Shown in pieces: positions 1 to 16,678 of a stretch of DNA of 64,000 nucleotides; the first letter of the stretch is position 1, and the number at the start of each line of letters is the position of its first letter. Made by a program: the position numbers and the translations under genes. A model generated the notes under the pieces. The model had not been told where the DNA came from. It did no database searches and saw nothing but the letters and a program-made list of their open reading frames with translations. This stretch comes from Chrysomallon squamiferum (taxonomy: Eukaryota > Animalia > Mollusca). The stretch lies in NCBI GenBank assembly GCA_012295275.1, contig CM022665.1, positions 38,564,001 through 38,628,000 of the forward strand, in the 5' to 3' direction.

Positions 1-3560
<3,560 letters not shown>

Positions 3561-5964
3561 TCTTTTTCATCATAGGACTTTAGTTTTCTTTCTAACCTCA
3601 CATTAAACTTTTCATTAGGTGGTCATTAAAAAAAAAAAAAGCTCTTATTATTTTATTCTGCAGTTTTTTTTTTTTCTTTGTCTTTTGATGTTTTTAAACT
3701 GTTTATGTTCAGGCATTTGTATACACCTTGAAGCATTCAGCTCCAGGAATAAAATATATTATGCCCACTTTTTGCTGATAATAAATCATGACAATTACAT
3801 TGTAAGTTTGTAATGGTGTTTGGAGGGTAATCATTTGCATTTTTTTGGATGATAGCATTTTGTGAAAGAAATGTAGAAAAAGAATCTTGAAATACTGTTA
3901 AAATTATTTTATATTAATGAACCACAAACATTTATAAGTTACTGTTTATAAAATGACTTCTAAAAGGAAAAAAACACTACATGAGCTGCACACACTGGAT
4001 TGTGTCCACGAACAACACTTCCAGTGTCTAAAAATAAATATAAATTTGGAAAGATACCATTTTAGCTATTTGTACAATGTACACACAAATTAATTATTTG
4101 ATTTATCTAAATTCCAGTCTACCTAGATTAAATATTACTCTTGTTTATTGCTGCAATTTAAGACTATTATCATTATTACTATTATTTATTAAGATAATAA
4201 ATTAAGTTTAACAGCATAAAAAATGAAAAAAATATAAAAAAAAAAATAATCAAATGACAACATGACATTACCACTGCATAGAACTACACTGATGCATGCT
4301 ACTTACATTTCAATAAAAAAAAAAAATAATAATAATTAAAAAAAACATTTGAGATGGGTTTGCAATTTACAGTAGTGTCCGATTTCCTTAAAGGTCAACA
4401 TTTCAATTATATTAAACACTAAAATATCCTTAGAATTCAAGAAAATGTTCAAACATTATTATTATTATTATTATTATTATTTTTTTTTAACATTTTATCT
4501 TGATCAAAGTTCTGTTTATGATTTTCTTTTTAATCAGTATTTTGTACTTCAGCATGTGACTGTTTATTTTCCAACCCTGAAATGGGTCATGTATCTATCT
4601 ACCTACCTTCAGGTTATCTTAACAATCAATCATTGTTGTCTCTGTGAGGTCAATAAAGTCTTGTAGATCTTGTCCTTAAAAGTCCATAAATGTCTGTTGA
4701 AGTTATGTGTGGGAAGCATCTAGACGCAGACGTGTGGATACTTGAAATATATACCACATGACACAAATAGTTTATTTTATTGATTTATTTATTTAAAAAA
4801 CAGTTGGCAAAAACGAACACAAACATTAAAAACGTTATAAAATATAGAAGTTAAAAAACAGATAAAATCTTTATTAATAGTATCATTCAATTATATTATA
4901 AAAAGAAAAATTACTTTGAATACACAAGAAAATGATTCAAATTACATACCATCTTCCCACAAATAAAACCTCTAAGACAACAAAACCCCACTCAAAACAA
5001 TTTAAAAAAAGAGAAAAACAACCTTTGATGTTCAAAAGAAGTATAAAAACAAAATCATTTTAAGAAATGTTAACAGTATGTTTTTAAAATTTTGATTTTT
5101 TTTTTTAACCAATACACCTCTGTAAAACTAGTTCTATAAAACCTTTCCAGTTGCCTTAGCTAATGGTGACATGTTAGATAATAATTGTATATCAGTTTCA
5201 CACACAATGTACTTACCTGCTTACTGCTGTAGTCTCACATATGTACAAATAAAAAGATAAATCTACGTAGATAGATAGGTTTTAATTCCAAGCCTTTGCA
5301 GTGTAAATCTGTAAAGTAACCCAACCATTTTTTGTACACCTTAAATGTACAGTAAAGAAGGATTTTACTTGCACTTCATACATGTATACAGATTTACCCC
5401 CAAAACCCACTACAAATCAGTAACACCTACTTCTTCACAAACTATGGTTACATTATTCTACTAGACTCCTGCTGTTTAGGGTTGTTTTGATACCCGTGTA
5501 AAACAATTTTGGGTCTGCCCCTGCTTTGTTTTTGTAAACATAGAACTGTAGTCCCATTGTTCAGTAATATACTGTATAGATTAAAAACAATAACACAGAT
5601 TAAATCAGTTATTTACATTTTCTCATACAATTTTTCGTCCATCCAGTAACAATCTTCAGTTACATCAGTTATGAAGAGTATGTAATGATACATTAATAAA
5701 ATAATAATTTGCAAATAATTCAAAGAACTGTTCCTTCGATTCAAATATATGTTAATAAACTGGTATCTTCAAAAATAAATAATTTCAATTATAACAGTAT
5801 ATTAATAAATTATTTCATATATAATTATATAATGCCCTTGCTTGGTAATATATGATGAATATAAAATGTAAAAAATATGATAATAAATCAACATTTGGAT
5901 AGTAAATGTATTAGACAACATGTATTAATAACATAGGGTAATAATATATTAAATGTAATGCTAA

Positions 5965-6500
5965 GTTTCAAATAGAATAAATATTATCTCACATAATGAG
6001 TACCATATCATAATCATAGTGGTCTATGATATAACATTATAGAGTTAGACAGTATAGATATTAATAACAAAGTTTCAAATAGAATAAAATAATACTTCAT
6101 CACAAAATAAATATCACATAATTATTATAATCATAGTCATATATGTTACGACAACAGAGTTATACTATTAATGCCATATTGATATTAATTGTAATAACAA
6201 GTTTCAAATAGAATAAATATTACCTCACATAATGAGTACCATATAATTATCATAACCATAGTCATGTATGTTGTATCATTATAGTTATAATATATAGATA
6301 TTTATTGTGAGTTTCAAACACTTTAACATATTACATCACAAAATGAATATCACATAATTACATAACTATTATAATCACGGTCATGTATATTATAACATTA
6401 CAGAATTACACTGTACAGATATTGATTGTAATTTTAAGTTTCAAATAGAATATTATATCACATAATTTCATAATTATTGTCACAGTCATGTAAGTATCAC
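5965..6500. repeat. Degenerate tandem minisatellite, ~110-130 bp unit, about 5 copies
   Basis: Anchor GTTTCAAA(TAGAATAAA) recurs near 5965, 6072, 6201, 6310 and 6438. Each is followed by similar TCACATAAT...CATAGTCAT...ACATTATAG blocks. Confidence 0.8.
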
Positions 6501-7443
6501 ATTATACAAGTATTATTAACATTTAAGCAATAATATATATCACGTATCTCAAATAAATTACGCAGATCAATAAAATTCATGCAGAAATGTTTATAAAAAG
6601 ATGCTTTGATGTTGGTTGGTGGCAGTACAAACCATAACATAATAATCTTTTCATCCACATAAGTTACTTTCCGACAGATATTTTGATACAACAATAATAC
6701 AAGTACCAGGCCTTTTAGAAATGTATTCATTTGTATCTGTTAAATACAAAGTTTGTTCTTTACTTTTTGTGTATTTTATGTTTTAAGAATTTATTAAACC
6801 TTGGTCCAGTAAAACCCCCAAATCCAAAAATCCATTGTCACCACTGTTTGCAAGTTGCCTCATAAACAGCTTGGTACTTGTAATTCATTAAATACTGAGT
6901 AAAGAATATAGAGGCACTGAACCATTTATCAGGCTTCCAGGAATCTGGAAAATCCAGGTTATTTCTGAATTTTCTTTTCTTTTTTTAAAACTATTTTAAA
7001 TTTGGTGCCCTGTAGCTTGACACTCAGCAGCAACTGTTTTGGTTTCTGTGACATATGCACTGAATAATGCCAGTTTAAGTGTATAGGTGATCCTCTCATA
7101 GTAAGTCATTATTATATACCTGTACTGGTGTAATGTATAACTGTTAAATAACATATTGTTCTTTATTTACTTTCATCTGATACATTATTCATGGCATTGT
7201 AAGAAATTTAAGTGTATTGATTTGTACCTGTATCTTTTATGTTCTTTCTTTTCTTCATTTAATTTTCATCCTGTTTATAAAAATATGATACATGATATTC
7301 TTCGGTAAAGGTATTTTAAGAATATTAACAGATTATTAAAAATTGAGAGACTCTGCTTAAGAATATAATAATTTGTATCTGTTAAATACATAAAATATGG
7401 AAATGAATTATCTCAGATTGTCTGTGTTGGTTTAAAACTGGCA

Positions 7444-10197
7444 TTAAGAAAGAACACAGCAGCCAGATCCTCGAGCCCGTCTTTTCATGCCAAATGAAGT
7501 CAGTTCCCTGTTCATTTGTCTGTCATGATTGGTATCATGACAGTATTCTGACAACTGGGATGAACTGTCTTCTTCATACATATTTGTTTCACATTTGTTG
7601 TGTCTGAAAATAAATAAATAATAAAAACAATAAAAATAATCCTTGTAAAGTGAAATTTCAAACTGAAAAAAAAAAAAAAAAAAAAAAAAATATATATAAA
7701 ATAAGATAAAGAGAAGAATAAAAAAAATGTCAGTAAATAAATAAATATATAAAATAAGAAACAAGGAAAGAAATGAATAAATAAACAAATACATAAAGCA
7801 TAAATACATATAAAGAATCAAACTTAAAGTTTCTGTTGTCATAAGAAAAATAATACTTCGATACCAAACTAATTAATGTACTCTTGTTTTATCTTTCACA
7901 GCATACATTCACTTCTGATAATGTGTTATGTTTCAACAACAACAGTGTATGAAACCAATGAGACAATGTAATAAAACACACATCCGATTTACAATATTCT
8001 GCAACTCCTCCGTTTTTGACTTTGTCTCTTCATATGCTGGTGGAACATCTTGTAAACACTGAATTGAAAGAGAAAAAATATATTAAAAAAAAAAATAAAT
8101 AAATAAATAAATACATTTATTCACTTAACAAAAAGATATAATAAAACATTAAATAAAAGTGAATAGTAACAAAGCGCTGCATTTCAGACACGGACGAGCA
8201 AAACAACGACTATATCCAAATAAAAATATCACCAAAAACTAGCACAAACATCCACATTTCTCCTAAATCAGGAAGAAACAGACATTCCTATTTCTCTTCT
8301 TTTTTTTTTGTGTTTATTTATTTAGTTAGTTTTTGACATAAAATAGTATATATATATATGTTTAATTTCAGGTACGTGGTCATTGGGGAAAACAATTGTA
8401 TTTTTTTTTATCAGCAATGATATAATATCGTTTTAAAAAAAAGACACATGTATAGATGGTGGCTATATGCAAGTGCATATACTCAGTATTCAATACAAAA
8501 GCTAATGTATGATTTCTGAAAAGAAGACAAGAAAGGCGCGCCATTATTATAATAAAAAAGCTAGGGATATTACGTCATTACTGTTTTTGACGTAATAACG
8601 TTTGTTTCCTTTTTTTAAACGATATTTTAGTGGTTTGTATCTATTATAAGGAAAAAAAAAAACCACGGGTAAATACTCAGTGGGAAACGGCGAGTTTTTG
8701 GCCCATGCCGATCTCGTACCTCAAGTTTATCAAGGTAATAGGTAACATAATATGTATTTTTATTAAATATGTAGGAATTTTTATATCTTTCTATAGTAGA
8801 ACTCACAGTTTATTATTATTATTATACATTATTTTATATATATATATATATTTATTTATTTGTGCTTATACAGATTTAATTAATGTACACAATATGATTC
8901 TTCCTTTAAAACTTACAAATTTATATTTATAGTTACCATAATAAGTGAAAATAATCCATATATATATTAAACAACGTGGGACTCCTTAAAATACTTTATA
9001 CCATTTCAAACCACTGTTATTAACATTCAAATAATTATAATGTTTACTTAACTTTTCACGTTTGTTAATCCATACATAATTAAATTAATATTGATATTAA
9101 AATGACCTGAAAGAAAATTAAGTATAACTTATTGTTTTGTTTTATTTGCAGAGCAAACGTGTACGGGTCTCTGTTTCGGATTGTAAGTCGTATAGACTCA
9201 GCTCTGTCAAAAATGGACGCTTTCAAATATGCACTTGCCTGAGGGCAAAGAGATGGTCCAAAACCGAAAAACCATATTACTACATTGTTCATGAAGATGT
9301 TCCATCGCTTCGCAGTTCATTCCGTTCAAAGAAATAAATAATATTGCATCTTTTTGGCATTTGCTTCAGTTTTTTTATTTATTTTTCGTATATAATAATA
9401 ATAATAAAAATAAAAATAATCTGTTGTTCTTGAAATCTGGAAGATTATATACCGCCATTTATTTATTCAGTCAATCAGCAAGTCGCATTTTACACATTTA
9501 TTCACTTAACAAAAAGAAATAATAACACATTAAATAAAAGCGAATAGAAACAAACCGATACATCTCACTGACACGGACGAGCAAAGCAACGATTATATCC
9601 AAATAAAAATATCACCAAAAACTAGCACAAACATCCACATTTCTCCTAAATCAGGAAGAAACAGACGTTCCTATTTCTCTTTTCTTTTCTCGTATTATTT
9701 ATTTATTTATTGACATAAACAAAAGCATATATATATATATATATATATTTTTTTTTTTTCAGGTATTTGGTCATTGGGGGAAAAATTTGTAATTTTTTTT
9801 TTTATCAGCAATGATATTTAAAGATATAATATCGTTTTAAAAATAAAGAGACGTCTATACACGGTAGCTACATGCGAATGCATACACACATTATTCGATA
9901 CAAAAGCTAATATCTCATTTCTGAAAAGAAGACAAGGCGCGCCATTATTTAAAACGCTAGGTATATTACGTCATTAGTGTTTTTGACGTAATAACGTTTC
10001 TTTCCATTTTGAAATGATGTTTTAACGGTTTGGAGCTAGCTTGGAGGAAAACTGCGGTTAAAAATTCAGTGGGAGGCAGCTGTTCTTTGCCCCATGCATA
10101 TTTTGTACCTCAAGTTTCTCGAGGAAATTGGTAACCTAATATGTATTTTTATTAAATATGCAGGAATTTTTATATCTTTCTACAGTAGAACTCACAG

Positions 10198-10242
<45 letters not shown>

Positions 10243-13200
10243 CATTATATATATATATTTTATGTGCGCTTAAACAGATTTAATTAATGTACACAATATG
10301 ATTCTTCCTTTAAAACTTACAAATTTATATTTATAGTTACCATAATAAATGAAAATAATCCATATATATATATATTAAACAATGTGGGACTACTTAAAAT
10401 ACTTTATACCATTTCTCACCACTGTTATTAACATTCAAATAATTATAATGTTTACGTTTGTTAATCCATACATAGTATATTAAATTAATATTTATATTAA
10501 ACTGACCTGAAAGAAAATTAAGTATACCTTATTGTTTTGTTTTATTTGCAGAGCAAACATGGACATATGTCAAATTCCGATTGTAAGTCATATAGACTCA
10601 GCTCTGTCGAAAATGGACGCTTTCAGATGCTTATCAACATAGTTCATGAAAATGTCCCATCTCTTTGCAGTTTGTTTAAAACAAATAAATAAATAATACT
10701 GCATCTTTTTGCCATTTGCTTCAGTTTTTTAATTTATTTTTCGTATATCTAATGGCATTGTATAAATAATTACCATTTTGCAATAGCCAATAAATAAATA
10801 AATAAAAAATAAATAAATAAAACAACAACAGTAACACATACCTCACTCAAAGTAACATTATCCTGACTGACATTCTTGTTTCTGAGGTCCATTCTCACTA
10901 CACTGACAATATTGGCTGGGTTGTCTTTACCTGGACTGAAATTAAAACAGTCTAAATTAATAAAAAAAAAAAATGGATATAAAATTTCTAAATTTTTCAC
11001 TTATATAAAACATTGCAAATAGCAAAATTATTTTTTATATAAAGCTTCTGTTATATCACAATCTTTAATATTCAAAAGAGTATCCTTACATATAAAAAGA
11101 ACAATACACCAAAACAATAAGAATGAGTTATTCTGTTTATACTGACTGACTGGATGATCTAGTCACAATCTTGTAGTGGAATAGATATCCTAAGTAAAAT
11201 TTCATACAACTTGAGTGACATTGTTAGGTATGATATACTGTACAGATTAAAAAAAAAATTCATACAGATTAAATCAATTATTTACATCATCTCATATAAT
11301 ATTCATACATCCAGTATCATAATGCTCACCACTATGACCACTATTATTATTGTACCATTACTACTGCTGCTATGATTATTACAATGTTTTTACTATTTTT
11401 ACTACTATTACCACTACTATTTTTACTACTATTACCACTGTGACCACAATTGTTAATATTACTAATCTTTGATTACAACTACTACTATACTACTATTACT
11501 GGTTTACTGCTACTAATAATAACATCAACAACATCAACAATAATAACAGCAGTAGTAATAATAAACAGAAAATGAAAGATTTTATGTCAACATTGACTTA
11601 CCCAGTGTGAATATTTTCTTCAATTTCCTTGCACACTGTAGTTAAGGCCAAATAGTCAGACAGAATACAAGTATACGACCCTTGTATACTTTCTCTTGCC
11701 ATCATGACAGTATGGTACAAGGGGTATGACTCCTTTTTCAGTTTCTTTTGCAAATCCTTCCACAGAGCATCATCCAGTGAAATTGCGTAAGGCAACAGCT
11801 GAAGATAGAAAGGTTCGACAACCGATTTTTGACACTGGATTAAGTAGACAAGCTTTCTGTCACCTCCAGCTCTTTGTCGACATAATGCAAGATGTAGTTC
11901 CTCCATTTGCTGAGACGACTGCATGTACTGGTTAGATACAAATATCACAATGTACATGGCTGAGTCTAGAAGCTGCAGTCTTTGATCTCGGTGCTCGCTA
12001 AGGAAAATACATTTGATGCTTGGCAGGAGAGACTCCATTTTGTTGCTGAAAACTGCAGCATATTTGAGGCTTTCGAATGCGAAGCTCATGACAATGTTGC
12101 AGTCAATACCATCACTGTTTGGTGGTTTTGTAAGCTGCTCCTTCCTGCAGACAGCTCCTTTCTTGATCTCATATTTAGTTGCAAATATTTGTTTTCTATT
12201 TTCTTCCATTACTTGGTAAGGCTCTAGTTTCATAGATGGCTGAAATGATGTTTGTTAAAAATCTAATTAATGGCAAATATCATTTTAAAAGCTGTCAGTA
12301 ATAAGTATATTTTTTTCAAAATGAAAATTAAGAATATTTTTATTTATGATTACTACATTTCAAGCAAAACTTTTAAAAAATCAAGTGATAGACAAAATCT
12401 ACTGAATGCTACTTGATAGGCTATTTAGATTATTAGCATGCATTTTTTTTATCTTGGACTAGAATACAAATTGCAAGGACATTGATACAGTTTTTGTGGA
12501 GCAATGGACACAGAAAAAGAAAAAGATTTTTTTTTGTTTTTTATCATCATCAACATACTATTTATCATGTCTTGTAACAGCATTATACCATTAACCCTTA
12601 GGCCTCTCTTTCTGATACTAGTCATCATTTCAGTAAAGTTAACTGATTAATAACAACAATTAAATGAAGGCAGTTACCTTAGCTATCAAAGGATCTTTAA
12701 TTCCCTTTTTTGTCAGTTTTATTACTTTCTCAGCTATCTGTTTCAGTTTTGTTTCAGTGTCTGTTCTACAGTCAGCCATCTTGATTTTTGCATACTCTGG
12801 TGAAACACTTTCCATGTCAGCAATACAAACAGGAAGAAAATACATTTTATCCTGAAAAAAAACAAAAACAATATCATTCTGATTTAAGAACACTTAAGTG
12901 GTAGAATCTTTTGATTTAGTTATGAAGTTTTATGTTGTTTCCAATTTCCTTAAAGTATCGCACATTTTGTTATATTGTTCAAGTTCAGCCACATAAATGT
13001 CTACTTACAACAACAACAGTAACAACAGCAACAATGACAGAAATTAGCATGCAAAAAAATACAACACACACGACATACACATATTTACACATACACATAC
13101 ACACACACACACATACACATGCATACACACCCAATTTTCTTTAACAAAACCATTACTTACTTGAGCAAAAAACCTTGCAGCAGCCACATTGTACTCCTCA

Positions 13201-15650
13201 CAACAGACTACAGAGTCAAAGTATGTTTTTGACACTAGAGCAACCACACATTTTGAGCTGCAGATACCTCCATACAGAGCATCCTGCCATCGACTGCCTG
13301 AAAATAAAACCAGATTGGAGATAAAACATGTCATTTTGATAGCTAATTTAATACAGTGTAGGGATTATAAGGTATCTTATCTTTGGATAAAAGAAACCAT
13401 AGTAAAATTGGTAAAAAGTAATTTAAATATGAAATAAAACTCATCCTGTCATTGGCTATATTAAGAAATCTACTTGTTGGCTTTCTGAAAGTAGTTAAAT
13501 TTGAGATATAATTTATCATGTCACTGGATGCATTAATACAATGCAAGGGATGTAAAACATTAATTTACTGGCTTTTTGAAAGTAATTTAAATATCAGACA
13601 CAACACTTTCTATTACTGGCTGTATGAACATAAAATAAAGAATGTAAGACACCCATTTACAGACTTTCTAAAACATAATTTAAATATCTGAAATAACAAC
13701 ATCTTAAGACTGCCTACATGAAAATAAAATAAAATCAGAGATATAAACATGTCTCTGAACATCTAAAAACAAATTACCCATTTTCAGATCAGTTCTGTCA
13801 TAAAAAACATTCAATTCTGAGTCTTTTTCTTCCAAAAGGTTCAGGAAGTGTTTGGCCATTGACTCCAGTTTATGAGAATACGACAAAAACACATCGTACG
13901 TCTGTTTGGATGTTGTTATGTTTTCTGGTTTTTTGTTAACATTGTCTGTGACTTCATCTTCTGAAGATTCTGGAGTATCTGGCTGACTTGACAAGAGACT
14001 CTCACATGCATTCTTGATCTTAATCAGTGTCACATCTCCTTCCTTACGTTCTCTGAAACAGACAACAATATACCATAAAAGGAAATTTGAACTGTGGAGG
14101 ATCAGAGAGGTCAAAATTTTAAGAAATGACAAAATGAATTTGGATCATGTTATGAATATGTAGTGATAGATGCTGATAAGATATAAGATTTGACAGGGCC
14201 TGAAAGGCCTAAGCTTTTTAACTGTACCCATAAAAACCTTTTTGTAATAGTCTTAGTCACTTTTGTATACTTTATATATCTTCAGTTCAATTGTCTCAAA
14301 AACCAGAGCATTGTGGATTAGACCATGCTTTTTCTAAGATCTTAATTACCTTAAACAGTTGATTTTGTCAGATGCAGATTTGAATATCCAGAGAAAAAGT
14401 AACAAAAATCATAAATGCTATTTATGCATCACTGAGCCAATAACTTTTGCAGAGAAACATGTATTATATATCTGTTTCTATTTGTTTGGATGACCACAGT
14501 TTCACTTTTTAAAACAAGAATAAGTCAGCTTACAAACAAATCAAAACACTCAGTAAATAGTATTTAATTATACAAACAAGAAAGGAAAGAATATAAAGAA
14601 GTTTCAAACAATATCATAATTGGTCCATCATAAGCATACTTGAACTCTAGAAGGTATAAACAGGACTGCTTTGTAGACAATGTGTAAAAAAAAAAATTTT
14701 TAAATAAAACATAAAAATAAATATATATATATATATATATATCAAAATGCATTTGGAAATTACCTGCAGTCAACATACTGAACAAGCTGCATGTAGGCAG
14801 GCAGAGCGCTTACAGTCTGAAGGTAGAATGGGAAAACAATGTCTCTGTCTTGTAGTCTGTTACAGCAGAGAGCCATATTGAACTGTTCCAAGCACTCAAC
14901 ACTTTCAATATAGCCTGGTGTCAGAACTATAATTATTCTGAAAGTAAAAAACATAATTATGTTTTATGGACATTAACTTCTTCAATATAAATAATTTATA
15001 TAGAAAAACCTACCAAACAAATCAAACAGTATCAATAAGGCAAAAGAAAAAAGAAAAAAGAACAAACAAAAAGAAAAGAACAAACAAAAAACAAAGAAAG
15101 AAAAACTATATTGAATGTATTTCAATCAGTAATCAGTCAGTACAGTAGAAACACACATACATATACACCACAAAAAAAGAAAGAAAAAAGAAAAGAATTA
15201 TTAAAAAAAAAAAACAATAGAGTTATTAAAAAAAAAAGTAATAATAAATTAAAAACAAATTAAATAAAAAGTAAAATAAAAAAGTAAAAAGAGAACAGGC
15301 TAATTGTGTTATGGATCAAAATTAAAAAGATAATCATAGAAAATTAAAAGAAAAAAAGGAATAAAATTATACAAAATTGTAAAGGTTGAATTTAAACAAA
15401 ATTATTTTATTGATTGCAGCAAAACCTGGAAGTTATTAAAGCATTACCATATTTATATTAAGATAAAAAAATGTTTTATAACATTATGTTGTGACAAAGT
15501 GTTTTCTTTCTCAAACTTACAAATACATAAATAAATAAATTAAAAATGAAGAAGGAAACAAACCAAAAAACAAAACCTCTAATGCATATCATTAATATTA
15601 AAATACAAAATATGATGAGCTAATAGTAGTAATATAATTACAACAATTAT

Positions 15651-15719
<69 letters not shown>

Positions 15720-16632
15720 GGGGTAATCACTATATTAAATTACCTTTTAGAATTACTCATTTCAGTAAAAATTTCTTCCTGCCACACAGCCTCCTTGTGA
15801 TATGAAATATGCTGACTGAATATTTTAAGATTTGTGTTTAAATCATTAAAACTGGAGCTAATCTGATTAACAAAACTCTCATCTGTTTGATGGTAAGATA
15901 TAAACACATCATTCTTCTGCTCTTTAACACTAGTCTGAAAATTAAGACATTTAATGAAATCAATACTAGAAAAATTTGCATGAAATGACTCAGAAAAAAT
16001 GTTTGAAAGGGTCAACGGAAATAATTAAAAAAAGAAAATCCAATACTTCTAATAACATATTTTATCAAATTTAAATTGAGATATCTCAAAACAGATTTCA
16101 GCCTTCTTATCTTCAAATGTTATTTTGCCTTTACTTTTGAACATTAGCACTTATAAATTTAAATACTAATATTGCTTACTGATTTTTTCATTTTTAAATT
16201 CTGTAAGCCATGTGCATATGAAATGTATTGAGTCACATGGAAACCTGTATGTTATTATGATTTATGTTTTATTTGATGAAAGTATGAAATTAACCTTTGT
16301 TTTGTTTGGTGATTCCCAGTTCTGTTTTAGTGACAGGAACATTCTGACTGCTTCTTGGTCTTTTTCCCGAATTTTACCTCCAACTGCATATAGAACTATT
16401 TTTAAACATTTTAAGGGCAGACCTGCCTGAATCCAGTGACCAGCTCCTTCCACCATTGATTTTAAAATACGGGAGGTGAATTACCCTGAAAACAGAAAAC
16501 ATGTCACTCAGAATGATAAAAAAAAAGAAAGTGAGAAAAATATAGTCATATTCATTACTGCATTAACAACATTAATATGTAAATTTAAAGAAAGAATTAA
16601 GAAAAAAAAAAAAAAAAAAAAAAGAAGTCTGT

Positions 16633-16678
<46 letters not shown>

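Noticed and set aside
5217-5308. Minus-strand segment with good acceptor and donor (cag|gtaagt)
   Set aside because: Stop codons in all three frames; at most a non-coding exon.
5965-6500. Repeat-spacer-like periodicity suggesting a CRISPR array
   Set aside because: Whole units are degenerate copies with no unique spacers, the context is eukaryotic and there are no cas genes.
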